From positions 8,501,100 to 8,565,099 of the forward strand of contig CM082593.2 of assembly GCA_040954595.2 (NCBI GenBank): a stretch of 64,000 nt of DNA, read 5' to 3'. Origin of the DNA: Balanoglossus misakiensis (lineage: Eukaryota > Animalia > Hemichordata). The translations under genes were made by a program, and so were the position numbers. The stretch's first letter is position 1; the number at the start of each line of letters is the position of its first letter. Shown here one piece after another: positions 10,217-23,300 of the stretch. The notes under the pieces were generated by a model that was not told the DNA's origin, did no database searches, and worked only from the letters and a program-made list of their open reading frames with translations.

Positions 10217-13200
10217 TCAGAGATCATTGTTACGAATAAACCTGTTGCCTTCCGAGTGTCTGCCGTAGTAAACATAACGGCATTGGCCAAATGTGCCTAG
10301 AAAAAAAGCAGAAAAAATAGTTTAGTTGGTTGCTTGACATGGTTACAAATCCGTGGCACATTTCAGCCATCTAATAAACTGATTTGCATCTTCAAAAAAG
10401 AAGATTGAAAAGGACCTAAATTTAAATTTTCAAAAGGTTTCTTCATCTTGATTATTAAAGCCCCTATAGCTGCCAAATTTCACATATTTTTCCCACAGTA
10501 AAGAAGGTTGGATTCAGACAAAGTACAGTAAAATAAAAAAAAATTCATCTGACTCACAATTGCTCTTTGCATCTTTAATGTCAGACAACGACAAATTTTC
10601 AATAGACTGGGTACAGGTAAGTGAAAAACATATACTGTTCACTTTATTCTTGTAAAATATCTTAAACTCCTCATTTAGTTTCCTGTGGTCATATTTGCCC
10701 ATGTGTGCAATGCATGAGATAATGCTGACTCTAAAGGGTGAATTAAAATAATCTTTTAAGGATGTATGTTTGTCAAAATTGAAAGTATTGTCATTTCTTT
10801 TAATTGTTGATTTTTTGGATTATCCTGTGTATGTATGATCAAAATCCATGATAAAATATAGGGGTCACTGCGCTTGTTTTTGAAATACAGAGCCATGAAT
10901 TAAGTTGATAATAGACGAAAACTGCTGACTCAGCTTTTTCACCAATGGTTTGTCTATAGGCGAAAATTTTAACGAAGTTTATCTCAAAATAGAGAGCGGT
11001 GACCACGCGATTTTATTTGACCAATGAATTTATTTTTACTTGCCTGAGTTATGTGTAAAATTTCCTATGGGAAAAGACGAGTGCACGTAGCTTTCCGGTT
11101 TATGTTCTGCGCGTGCATCCTTAAGGGCCTTACAGTTCTCAAGTACACACTGTGCTGGAATCAACGAATGATTATGTATCCCAGAATACTGTGTAATTTC
11201 CAAAATAGCATAAACTTATTTTGGACTTACCTTTATGTTGGCCACCTTCTTTCACTGAACCAGGTAAAGGTGTGTAAGGGCTTGTAGGAGGAGACTGACT
11301 TTCTTCACCATCAAACTAATCAGACAAAAAATAGCGAATTTTTCAGTATTCAGTACGTCATTACAAACATACTAGTACAAAGCAATTTTAGGTGATTATT
11401 GAACTCTTTGTCACTATTAAATATCACACTTTTCCAGTTCAGAATGTCATATTCTAAAAATGTGGGAAGCTTTATAAGATTTTTACACTAAAAATGAGAA
11501 AAATGACGAAAACATTCACCAAAAATAGCCACTTTCTGATATCTGATAAAAGTCTATATAATGTCTCAATATAAAAGTAAATACAGTAAAACTCCAATTA
11601 TCCGAACTCCAATTATCCGAACTGTTTGGTTATCCAAACTGCTGTCATGTCCCCCAAACACTTCTTTTGTATAGGATCGTTATCCGAATAACCGAACTGT
11701 CTGCATATCCAAACAAAATCAATGTCCCCCTGTCAGTTCGGATAATTGGAGTTTTACTGTACACATCAATCTTCAAAGCAATCTACCAAGTAGTTCTTGA
11801 GTTACTGAGTTTTGACTAATTTCACATTTTTCCAGCTCAGTTGCATATTTTGGCAGTGACATATTCATTTGAACAAATTCCCATGTACAGCCCGGCCTGC
11901 ATCTACACACCAAATATCGAGGTGATACGCGCAGTGGTTTTTAAGTTTCTGATGCTGATGGACATAGAGGAGACTAAAACTGGCCAGTTTAGTCTCCTGA
12001 TGAGTGAGTCCAGTGAATCACAAGACAATGTTGTAGAGATTTTACCGCCTATTGTTTCTCCAGCTACCCTTACTTTACAATTACATACATACATACATTA
12101 TATATGCATGCACTTGCATGCATACAGACAGACAGACAGACAGACAGGTATAAATAAAGCAAAAGGAAGAAAATATTAAACACTTACTATTTCCTCAGGA
12201 GGTTTAATTATTTTCATGTAAGAACCAACTCTCTTGGCCTCTGCTTTTTCTGCTGATGTAACAGGTTTTGAATCCAAGAATTTCAAATTAGTGAGTCGAC
12301 ATATCACAAAATATCTGAAAAACAAAAATAATGCTTAGTCACTTGCAAGTAGGGCTTATGCCACCACAGAAAACAACAAACATAACATTGCTATGGTTAC
12401 CTGTATCTCTGATAATCCTCTTCATCCTTATCAGAAGATGACAACTCATTAGGGCACGCTATGTTACCAAGGAGACTAAGATACGTTAGTGCTGGTAGTT
12501 TCTCCTTTATCTTAGCAACAAAGCCGTCAATATCTGTAATGTATTTACGTTAAAGAAACTCTGCACTTTTGTCACAATCTTTTCCACATTAAAGATTGCT
12601 GCTCTTCCAAATGGGGGGGGGGGGGCGGGGTCGAGTAAAAAGCAATTATCATACACCTTGATTTGTGTGTCTATATGTAACTCTATGCGAAAACACAATA
12701 TCACATTTGTGCAATAACTTGCCCCAATCACTTTTCGACACACTTTTTCTAAATATAGGCATTCACATGAATAGACAAATTCAAATCACCATTCAAGTCT
12801 AGCCAGCTGTTGACTACAACATGACGCAAGCCAGAAATAACAACAACACTTAAAATATCAACAAATGTAAATAGCTGGCAAGAATTTCATAGTAATTCTA
12901 ATTCTGTCAAGGCAGGTAGGAATACTAAACCCACTAGATTAAATAAATACAAAATGTTACACTGATTCAAATATACGAATGGACGAGTATAAAATATGAC
13001 AGTTTAGGTATGCTAACAATATTCATTTGACCAGTTCTACAATGCACTGCATGCTACCCATGTTCACTGTAAATCACCAAACACGAAAGGTACATATCAT
13101 GAGTTGCATCACTAATGTAAAGCAAAACATCCTAGAATATGCCACTTTCATATCATTCAATATTGTACAAAAATATGTCATTTTAATATTATCACAAATA

Positions 13201-16200
13201 TTGACAAAATCACACAGTCTAGACTCAGTATCAACAATTATTCTATATATCATAAACACATGATAAAATACTCTGTGTTGCATATGCCCTAATAACCTTT
13301 GACCCCTGTCTGAGTAAACTTTGATTCAATGTCAGTATTTCCTACCTGAGATACAGTGGGTGGTACCATTTTTGGTAGAATGTTAAACTGAGTATATTCC
13401 TATGGTTGGCATTGCCGTAAAAGTGCACAGGTTTTATGAAATCTGATACATTATACATTGTGCATTTTCCTTAAATAGGGGAATGACACTGTTATCATCT
13501 GATGTTTTGCACAGATACATGATGTAGGTACATTGTGTACCATTACATGTGGTCATGCAGACAGTTACAGACAATACATTACAACACAGGTGAACTTAAG
13601 TCATGTGCACTATTCAGGTAGACGACAAAATATTGAAAATGGGATGTTGAATTGATGGGGCACCAGAGATGTGTGATGGAGTGGGGAGGAGTGAGGGGGG
13701 GGGGGGGGGTAATAACCATTATTACATATGTACCGTCGATTACTTGCACCGAGCGCGCGCGTAACATCGGTACTTGCACACAGTGCAATACCAAAAACAT
13801 TATGCCATACCTGTATGCAAATGAGTGGCCTGTTCACGAAACAAGCAATATCATTCCGCGGTCTCATTTCTTTCATTTTCGGTCTTTTTTTCAAATGGGA
13901 TGAACATATGTAATAAAAACAGAACCCCATGTCTCAATCGTGCCAGCACGGCGTACCGGTAGTATTTGCACTCGTGCTGGCGGTGTATTCTTGCTGCCCC
14001 CCGCACTCGCTGTCGCTCGTGCGGAGGACGGGCGCAAGAATACACCGCCAGACACTCGATGCAAATACTACCGTTACGCCGTGCTTGCACGATCGAGCCA
14101 TGGGGTTCTGTCATAGTCTGGAAAGGCAAAAAAGCATGTTGTCCTTGCCAGCAACTGGTTGCTACCATTATCTACACTCTTGAAACAAAAGACATACACA
14201 TGTACCAGTACCAATTACACAATCAAATTCTCCACAACATCACAAAAAGCTTCATGACCAGGATGATGCAAAGAAACAGTGATATTTTTAGAGGTCAAAC
14301 TGGTACATGTAGTGTTTTTTTTGTTTAGCAGCAGAAATACATCTGAACTATATTCAAATTACAGAATACCAGATGACAATAACAGCTGGTACTTGTTGCA
14401 AACTGTGGCAATTCCATATTGAACAGGTTATAGATTTTGAATTCTGAAAATATTGTCTTGCAATAAAATTGATGATATGTGATGAGGTCAGATAAAGTCT
14501 GGGGTGCTACCCCTAAATACATTCTATGCTGTCAGTGTGTGTATAAAATGTTCGGTGTGATAAAATGCGGCCCGGGCATCATCACTATTATGGTCAGAGA
14601 TCACCATCCCTCGTGCAGGCCAAAAAACATGATTTTGCCCTCGCTTACATTTTTGCTTATTTAAATATGACCCAGTGAGCTATTTGGCAGTATATCGCAG
14701 CATATACTCTATGTGCTGGGATGTATAAACCTAGTGAGTTTCCAGTCTATGGTTGAATACATATGTTGAGTTGTCAGGCAAGTATGTGGTTGTATACACC
14801 CAATGAGCTATAAGACAGTCAGTTCAAGGGACAAAGTCTCTCTCTCACTGCCCTTGTTCCATTTATTATCTTTGATACAAGACACCATTTATGTTAATGT
14901 ACATGTGTATATTTAGTGAATGAACATTTAACCACACACATCTTCCATCTCGCTTGTATTATATAAATTCGCCCAAAATGAATAAATGGTAGAGACCGAT
15001 TATTCATTTTGGCAAGATTTTTCACTCTCGTGTCTACAAGTGGGATGGAAGGTGTGTGTGTTGAACGTTGATTCACTATATATCCACTTGTAGACAGACT
15101 AACATAAACGGTGTCTTGTATCAAATATAATTAATGGAAAAAGGCAACAAGAGAGAGACTTTGTCCCTTTAAATGAGCTGTCAGTTATGGTTATAACCAA
15201 AAGGCAGGTATTAAAGGATATTCTGTTGTTGTTTAGAGTCAATGTCTGCAGACTGTCCATTTGTGGAAACTCCAGGCTGTCATCTAAGTTGTTGTTGTCC
15301 ACAACAAGTTCTTCCAGAAGTGGGAAACACTCTAATCCAGACAGAGACCTGTTAAAAGACATGAATACAAATATTGAGTTTTAGCAATAGTGAATGCACT
15401 ATGGGTGTGTTTGATAGTTTACAAGTAAATAACGAACAACAATTAATCGCAATAAGCATTGATCAGACCTTCCCATACAGTCTAGATACATAGAGAAGAA
15501 GAATGTTTTACTGTTTATGACAATTTCCTTGATGTTCAAATCTAGTCAATGACAATTTTGTGCATCATGCAGTGTTTCATCCATGTTATCAGCAGGGGGG
15601 GGTATGTCCCCTTTTGCCAGAATATTTGGAGGGATTCCACTCTGGCAAGGGGGATTAATAGAATCTCACACTCCCAAGGACCTGGGATCGTATTTCTCAC
15701 ATGTGTTGAGGATTTTCTGTCCCAAACAAGCTGCAGGCGAGTGTGGGACAAAATATCCCCGACGAGTGTGAGAAATATGATCCCAGGTCCTTGGTGTGTG
15801 AGATTATTTTTCTCACACGGTCACAAATTAGCCAAATTCATTAAAAACATTGAATAAATGACTCTGGAACTGTCGTCTGGGGGCACGTTGTAGTTCTGTG
15901 CCTGTAATACACATCGCGCCATTGGATAACATTTAGCGCGCGTAGCGAAAGAACGCTTTGTCAACCAATGAGCGCTCGCGTCATATACAGCTTTCGATTC
16001 AGTGAGGGTGTGAGAACAATTTGTTCTCACACTCTGTTCTCACACTCCCAGCGTGCCAGGAGTGTGAGAATGTAATATCTCCAACATGTGAGTGACATCA
16101 TCTTAAGGGGCACTGGTCCCCCTTGACAAATTGCTTAGGGGGTGCCAACATGTCAATCCCCCATCCTTCCGTCTAGATGAAAAACTGATCATGTCACTTC

Positions 16201-16779
16201 AAACACTCTGAGCAGGAAGATGACCCCGTTCATTCAAACTGCAAACACCTTCCTCATGTTTTTATCATGTATGTCAGTTCTACTAATAAATGTTTCATGT
16301 ACTTAAGGCCCATATTGGTGATGTATTGAACAGTTATCCGCCCAGCTATCTTTCTACCTGTGCCAGTATTGTTTTGAACAGCAATTATCAGAAGATGCTA
16401 TGTGATGATAGCCATTAACCCTTTTACATACTTGTGTCACTAAGCAAGTATAGCCTTTATTCACACCAGCCCACTCTAGAATAGCTGACCATTTAAGTTT
16501 TTGGGGTCAGAATTATGGAACAGGCGTCGTAAAAATAACAGTTGTCTGAACCACTAGTGCTTGGGACTTTTTATCTCTTTTCAAGAGTTTGTAAATATGC
16601 AATCCAAGATGTGTACAATTTCGATTGAATCACAAGCATGCGAGTCTGCAGCATTAACTCAAATTTGATTTCTCTGATTTTTGAAATAATCTTTTTATCA
16701 GTGTCAGTAGATATGTAAACTGAAATATGTGAAAATGTAAAATGAAAAGTTGTCATTGGTCATGGCCAATCTTCATATC

Positions 16780-16810
<31 letters not shown>

Positions 16811-18591
16811 GGTTTGTTGTACTAGCTTAGAGCTCATGGATCACTTGCCACGGGTAGACTGTCAGCAGTTGCTCACACCTTATTTGTTTGTAAAGGTATA
16901 CGGTCATCTATTGAAATTTAGCTACAGTTACCATGGTAAATTGAGATCTAGCCAATCACAGATTTTCAGAGCGCCACCATATGTTCCTTGGGACACTCAG
17001 ATATGCCATTTTTGCCATTTATGGACATATGTAAATTGGAGGTGGCCGTCTACGTGTCAATATGATGACCTTTGTATAATTTGCCCATTGCGAATCTGGC
17101 GACTGGAAGTGCAGTATTTGAGTGATGGGTGTATCTTCTCCCAAATACTGTGTTTAAAATAATATTTCTTGGATGTGCAGTGCAGGAGTCTTTTGTCTTT
17201 TAAATGCAGTTGTCAAAACACTAAACAGAGAGTGGTATTTTGGGAGCCACTTTTTCAAAGACCCCACTTCTGGTATACAGTCAATAGGGTGTGTATGTGA
17301 GTTTCCCAATGGGTGTATTGATCAGAATTGACTTGTAGGGGAATTTTAACTTTCACTTACCGTAGACAGTTATAACTAAGATCTAACCTCTTAGCAACAC
17401 GGCCATATTTGTTTATAATAAAATCTGGTATTTTTACAACTTCGTGTGCTACGTATGATATCTGGAATAGAAAAAAAGTTAAAAGTATTACCGTAAGTTA
17501 CATTTTTATACACATGTCAAATGCACTAGCATAAACAAATGCCTATCAGAAACTTTTTGTATAATATGCATTTTTTGTGTCACAAACATTATGTCATATT
17601 ATGCAAATATTCCACGTATTCTTGATATCACACAAAGGTAGAAAAGAGTGACTTTGTCCTTTTAGTGATTATTTGTATCAAAACAATGTTATGATTATTT
17701 GTATCAAAACAATAACTTTCTCACAAGTTCTGGATGGCATGAGGATTTTATGAAAACCTTGATTGAGGTCAGTCACATATCTGACCTAAATAGGGTCAAA
17801 AGCTACTTTACAGTTTACTTTAATTGTGTAAAGATTTCAGAATTAAAAAGGTCAATCAGCAAGAAAGAAGAGCTACGAAATAGAACTATAAAGTTGTAAG
17901 TGTAACTGATAAAACTGACGGTGTACTTTGGTGAGGCCCAGGTTAACACGTTCTTATTTTATAATTCCATCTTTCACACAGTAACAGATAGTATAAGATT
18001 CAAGGTAAGGAAGTTGGAAAGGAAAGGAAAGGCAGGACTTGATGGGCATAGGTCCGTAGCACTTAGCTTCAATTATTGTAGCGGGTGTGCTACTAGGCTG
18101 GGTGGTGTAAGGCTGCGAACACACCACTCAACCTAGCAGCACCCGCTACAATCATTGCAGCTAGTTAGTAATGTAGCCCCCCCCCCCCCCCCCCCCGAAT
18201 AGCAGGGTTGCGACGTCCGGTTTACACGAACCTGCCACAAGGTCAGGTACAAGACTTGCTGCGAGTCAGTAGCCCTGCCACTTCCCCGTCTGTTGGTTGT
18301 TTGTAGAAGTCGCCCCCCTTGCCCAACAACCTACAGAGACGGGAAGTGGTACGTGCAGGGCTACGACCATAATAAGGTCAGCTGACATGATGGTGACACT
18401 TCGTCATTTGATGAGACATATGACCAACTACGCGATTCTTGGATTCTCTCGAAAGCGCGTTTTCAGCAGCTTACCTGACTTTCCGCCGATAAAATGACAT
18501 CGTTTTCGTCAGAATTTCCATTTCCATGAAAAAGTTGATCAGTCACGTCGTTTGTTATTCTGTCGCTTCTTCGCGACGTGCTCGCAGCCAT
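10217..18591 (-). CDS. LRMDA: Leucine-rich melanocyte differentiation-associated protein (LRMDA/C10orf11), 7 coding exons, 258 aa
   Basis: Exons 18591-18475, 17461-17361, 15348-15222, 12540-12401, 12314-12188, 11315-11231 and 10296-10217 join in frame (777 nt). Motifs [67 protein letters not shown] and [23 protein letters not shown] match LRMDA. Confidence 0.95.
10756..11124. mobile_element. Kolobok-like MITE (second copy at 21874-22328)
   Basis: TTAA-GGATGTATG...CGTGCATCC-TTAA; internal AAAATTGAAAGTATTGTC, TAGGGGTCAC and ATCTCAAAATAGAG are shared with the 21874 copy. Confidence 0.7.
11584..11759. mobile_element. Tc1/mariner (pogo/Tigger-like) MITE
   Basis: TA-CAGTAAAACTCCAATTATCCGAAC...GTTCGGATAATTGGAGTTTTACTG-TA: perfect TIRs with TA TSD. 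Confidence 0.85.
13920..14111. repeat. GC-rich palindromic element
   Basis: ACAGAACCCCATG..TCGTGC..GCACGGCGTA..GGTAGTATTTGCA is mirrored by TGCAAATACTACC..TACGCCGTGC..GCACGA..CATGGGGTTCTGT. Confidence 0.7.
14824..15172. mobile_element. Kolobok-like MITE family A, copy 3 (inside the U12 intron)
   Basis: AAGGGACAAAGTCTCTCTCTC...GAGAGAGACTTTGTCCCTTTAA. Confidence 0.8.
15655..16080. mobile_element. Unclassified MITE-like element with internal inverted repeats
   Basis: TCTCACACTCCC/GGACCTGGGATC..TTTCTCAC inverted versus GTGAGAAA..GATCCCAGGTCC and GGAGTGTGAGA. Confidence 0.5.
16780..16812. repeat. (GTT)n microsatellite
   Basis: Directly visible. Confidence 0.95.
18065..18363. mobile_element. Two short TAG...CTA hairpin elements (~18065-18163, ~18271-18363)
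   Basis: TAGCTTCAATTATTGTAGCGGGTG...CACCCGCTACAATCATTGCAGCTA and TAGCCCTGCCACTTCCC...GGGAAGTGG..GCAGGGCTA. Confidence 0.55.
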
Positions 18592-20399
18592 CTTTGAACG
18601 ATAAAATAAATGTAAGTCGCACGAGGGCGCACTTCACAGGACAGTACTGTCTATGTTCAGACTTCACCGTAGGATGTCACCGTAGACTTGCTCAAAGTCT
18701 ATGGGCTTCATTTATTCAAAATAAATACAAATGTGCATTTAAAAAAATGTTTCGAGTCTCTCTCTAGCGTGTGTGGAGTAAACGTCAGCGAGTGTGGGCG
18801 CGTATGTGTAGGGAACGCGCAGCGACGCTACCCGAAACCATGGAAACAATGAGTTCAGTCCCAAATTCGAAACTCGCCTCAAGCATGTCAAGGCAAGCAT
18901 GCACACAAAAAGTATTGAAATTATTTATTAAGACAAAAAAAAAATCACCAAGCGACTAGTGGGTTAGTCTAACTTCACAGCTCCGAGTACGAGTGTTCAT
19001 CACTATGAAAGTTTCTCCGGGCGGTAGATACATTGCACCGGATGTTATATAGTGATTCCGTTTCCCTTTAGCGTAGCGCAACCAGCGGTGGGAATGGGGC
19101 CCGGGGCCAGACTAGTATGTACAAGAAAGTAAAACTGTAAAAGTAAAAAGTATTTTTTATATACAACGTATATGTCAAAAGATGAACTTTGCAAAAGTTT
19201 TATTCCAAAACCTGAATTTTTAGATAATTAAAATTTGTATTTGATAGCGATTTATACAGTCGATAATGAAAAAAACCTACGTACTGAATCATTTAAACAT
19301 CAAATTTTATCACGTTGACCACATACTGCTAATATCAGCTATGTGTAAAACTTAATAAAAATTTACAATAGTACAAGTGGGTTTTCCAGAAATCATCTGT
19401 GAAATTCTATGGGAAGAGAAAAGTATATATCTTTGTCGATCAATTTTTTTTCAAAATGTACTTGAGAAACACCATTTATTTTTTAAATCAAATTATTTTT
19501 AAAATCAGATTTAATATATTTGCAGTGCTAATACAGTGGCAGACCTCTGCATTTGTCGATCGCCACTTTTTCAGTTTTCAAGTGATTCGAACATGTAAGA
19601 ACTTGAACTGGGATAGAATTGTTATCTCTCAGACAGAACATGTTTACTCAATCAGTTTGATGTGTACTATGCTATGAAGGGCTATGATATAAGGCTAAGC
19701 CCAATATCACTGAATTTAAATTTCGTTATATTTATATCATGTCTATATAAAGAAGTCATTTATATTATATTGATATCGATATTTAATTTTTATATTTTAT
19801 ATATTGCCAATATTCAGTTTACCTTGCAGTAGGCCCTAGTGCTGATTGAGGATGGCCAAGCGAGAATGTTTAACAGGCCTATTGGCCATCGAAAGTCCAC
19901 GTCAAAAGAGTGCGTGTAGTAGGCCGATGTGCAGCTTGTGTACTGATTTATTCAAAATCATGTTTTTTCAAACGTGGTGCAATTATCGTGATTGTCGGGG
20001 CGAGAATATTGCGATGCGTCACTCCTTGGTAACAGGTGGAATTGGATTAGGGAAAGTTATCGTCATTGGGATCGGGAGGGCGCGGTCGGACCTTGCTGAT
20101 TAATTGAACATGTATACCCGAGTTTTCGAATAAACAAAGCGGAAATGATGTATATCATGTACTCTCTCCGACAGCATGTAAGAGTACATTTTATATTATT
20201 TTCTTACGAAGCTTTAAGTTATCCAGAAACATAATGTGTGGCATCTGCGTTAGTATACCCGCTCATTATATTCATGTTGTCGGGATACCCCACAAATGGA
20301 GTTTGGTAACGCCCTTATGATACGTCATCACGATATGCGTGTGTCGGCTGGCATATAAATACTTTGGCGTTTACATTGCCAGCCACGTATTCGTCCAAA
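18592..20399. promoter_or_regulatory. Head-to-head intergenic/promoter region of LRMDA and the TGN38/KCT2-like gene
   Basis: Divergent ATGs 1.8 kb apart, both in YY1-like AA(G/A)ATGGC context. CpG-richer flanks, with ETS-like GCGGAAAT (~20139) and a CRE half-site ACGTCA (~20322). Confidence 0.55.
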
Positions 20400-23300
20400 A
20401 TGGCGACCTGCAGTGTGAAGGTGGTAATCGTCGCTCTGGTTTTCTTCGTTGTTTTTGCCGACTTGAAAAGTGCGTCACCGGTGGTGAAAAGACAGGTTGA
20501 CTCAGGTCAGTTGGACTGGAATGTTCGCACCGAATCTATTTCTTTTTGGCAAGGGAACCAGTGTGTGTTTCCCCCTCCGAGTTTGTACAGCCAAAGTTTC
20601 GTGGACAAACTTCGAGTTTGTAACTTGCCTTACAGTCCGTTGAACATCATTTCCGATGTATGCCATGCCTTCTACGTGGCGAGTAAACCTCTCTGTCAAA
20701 CAAATATTCCTCTGGTAGAGCAGAAAATGGAAGAAATGGAAAATAGGGCTGTCGGAGAATTGTGCGACGATATTCGTTCAATGATGTCAACTGATGAGTG
20801 GAAAGGGTTGTTCCACTACACGACTGTCAATATTCTATCTGATCCATTTAGCCAAAGTTGTGAGAAATTGTGTGGTCTGGGGCAACCCCTACACGGTGTA
20901 TGTTCCGCCCTTGCTTTCTCTGTGGCTGCACGAAGTGGCAAAATAGGAGACATGACGAATCCTGTCGAAACACAAGGTGGATATATCCCCTACGGTATGA
21001 CATTTTACTTTAAAAAGGTCCTGGAGGGTTTGTAGTAACAGTACATTTATTTGTAAAAAAAAAAGTATTATAAACCCACATACTACATTTCCTAGGAATG
21101 CTATTCAATTTATAATTCAACTGATATGCCAGTCAATTAACACAAATTAATTATATCAGTCAGATTTTATTGTTCTGAAATGATATACACTTTTGGTTAT
21201 TTAAGATAATGCATTCAGATACCAACCATTTGTCATTTATATTTCAAACACAATGAAACCCATTTTGACCATTCATCTCTATGTAAGTAAGTCATTTTTC
21301 TCTGTCTCACAGAACTTGCTTACATATTAATGCAAGTTTCATATTACCGTAGTTCTGAACTTTTCCGGTCTGACAGTTGTATTTTCACGACAGCATGATT
21401 CCCAATATCATCACGTGCATGTATGCAGCTTGACCAAATACATGAAATGCTAATAATAAATTCTGCAAAATCTCAATAGCATGTTAATTTGAAACATTCT
21501 GAATTGTATTGTTCTGTATGCCACTGCACGTATGACTTCAGTTTATGGATAGTGATGGATTTTTGTGTTATGATTGGTTGGCAAGTAAATGTTGCTAAAA
21601 CTGCCAGGATTCCTCAACTTCAGGAATCCCAGTGATTGAGGGTGTTGGGATTCTTTAAAATTATCCTGCTACTCTTCCTTCCCATCCACTTCTACGGTGA
21701 TGAATGTCTCCTAAATTGCCCTTCATGTGGTTCCCTGCAGCTTTGGTTAAGTACCCTTTCACCGCTGTGGTTCAGTCCAAACTCATTGTTTTCTATGGTA
21801 AGGTTGGACCTCTAAAGAGGAAACTGGGGTGAAAGGGTTAAAGGAACAGGTAACGACAAAGTCATTTTTGTTGTTAAGGATGTACATGTATGATACGATC
21901 GGTAAAATTGAAAGTATTGTCGATGTCATGTCTTTAAATTGTAGATTTTTGGTTAATAATGAAAATCGGTAATAAAAAATTAGGGGTCACCAAGCTTATT
22001 TTTTAAATACAAGGCTGTGAATCTTGTCGATAGTTGAAGAAAACTGATCAACATTTTTTTGACCAAGGGTTTACAAAACATTTAACTTAATAAAATTATC
22101 TCAAAATAGAGCACAGTGACCATACATGTACGATTTGATTTGGCCGATGAATTTATTTTTATTTGACTGAGCTACATGTATGTGTATTACTGTAAAATTT
22201 CATGAAAATGACAATAGTAGGAGTGAGTTTTCTAGCAATAATCAATGTAGTCCTATGGGAAGAGACACATGCGCACACATTTGCGCAGATTACAAGTTTA
22301 CTGATTGTTCCTGCATGTACATCCTTACAACAAGGTTTCCAGTACTTATTTCGCTGAGTTTCATCTGGTCATACCCATTTGTATAAAGTTCGTGAGGGGA
22401 AAAATCATCATTTGTTTCTTTCCAAAAGAACTGTAAATGACAACTTGTAGTGCGTCAACAAAATCAAAGTTCAACTGTTGTCAATTTTGACAGTTGGCAT
22501 TCTGTCCTAGGCAATAGTAGGATGTGTGCACTGTCGCACAATGGGTTTGATCACATACATACAAATGTAGATGTGCATTGTAGTATTTTCCCTGGTATTG
22601 GTCATTGCCCTTTATTTGGGGGGAAACTGATTTAAATCATGACAATTATGGTACATTTAATTGCATTATTCTGCAAATGAGAAATTGCTGGAGAAAACAA
22701 TGCATTGCTCATGATTTATTCATTAGTGGAAAAGTAATGTATTGTACATGTAGCATAGTCAGTAGAGGGAAAAGGACATGTAACTGCATTTTTTTGGTTG
22801 TTTCCTTTGATGTAATCCATCTTAAATCTGGTTATCTCGTTCGCGGGTTTTCTAGGTGCTATAAAAAGAGCAAAAAATCAGCTCTAGGTGACTTCAGTTT
22901 ATGTGAGTTTACTAAAAGATTACATAGCGTTTATGCAAATTATACAAATCTCGCAAAACACTATAAAAATCATTGACAGGTCTATGTGCTTTTTGTATGA
23001 ATGTAATGATTGTAAACAAGAGACTTCGCTGCATAAACAATCCAAAATGCTTAGCCAACACTCAAAATCTGAGGGTTTTTTTTTGCGCATTACAACCAGG
23101 ATATCTTAACGCAATCTGAGCGTCCCTTTTTTGTTCGCCGCAGTTATGCGTCCTTTTCCCTCTCTCCTGTCTATGATTGTAGTGGATGCATTGAGATATA
23201 CCAAGCTGAGATTTTTGTATATACAGTATGTACACAATCAAGGCAAATAGTATGATAGATGAAGTCTTATTATAATTAGTCTGTTAAACATTCTTGCTAC

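Larger units (their letters stand above)
12541..15221 (-). other. U12-type (minor spliceosome) AT-AC intron of LRMDA
   Basis: 5' site ATATCCTTT, branch point TTCTTTAAC close to the terminal AC. Splicing joins LNNNR to ITDID in frame. Confidence 0.92.

Noticed and set aside
10674-10730. Possible alternative last exon of LRMDA ([18 protein letters not shown])
   Set aside because: No homology support; the conserved terminal exon is at 10296-10217.
13579-14328. Cluster of short overlapping ORFs
   Set aside because: They lie in GC-rich palindromic repeat DNA within the LRMDA intron and show no recognisable protein motifs.
15099-15221. C-terminal part of ORF 15099-15362
   Set aside because: Read-through into the U12 intron and MITE family A.
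20364-20399. TTG-initiated N-terminal extension of the 223-aa ORF
   Set aside because: The ATG at 20400 has strong context and directly precedes the signal peptide.
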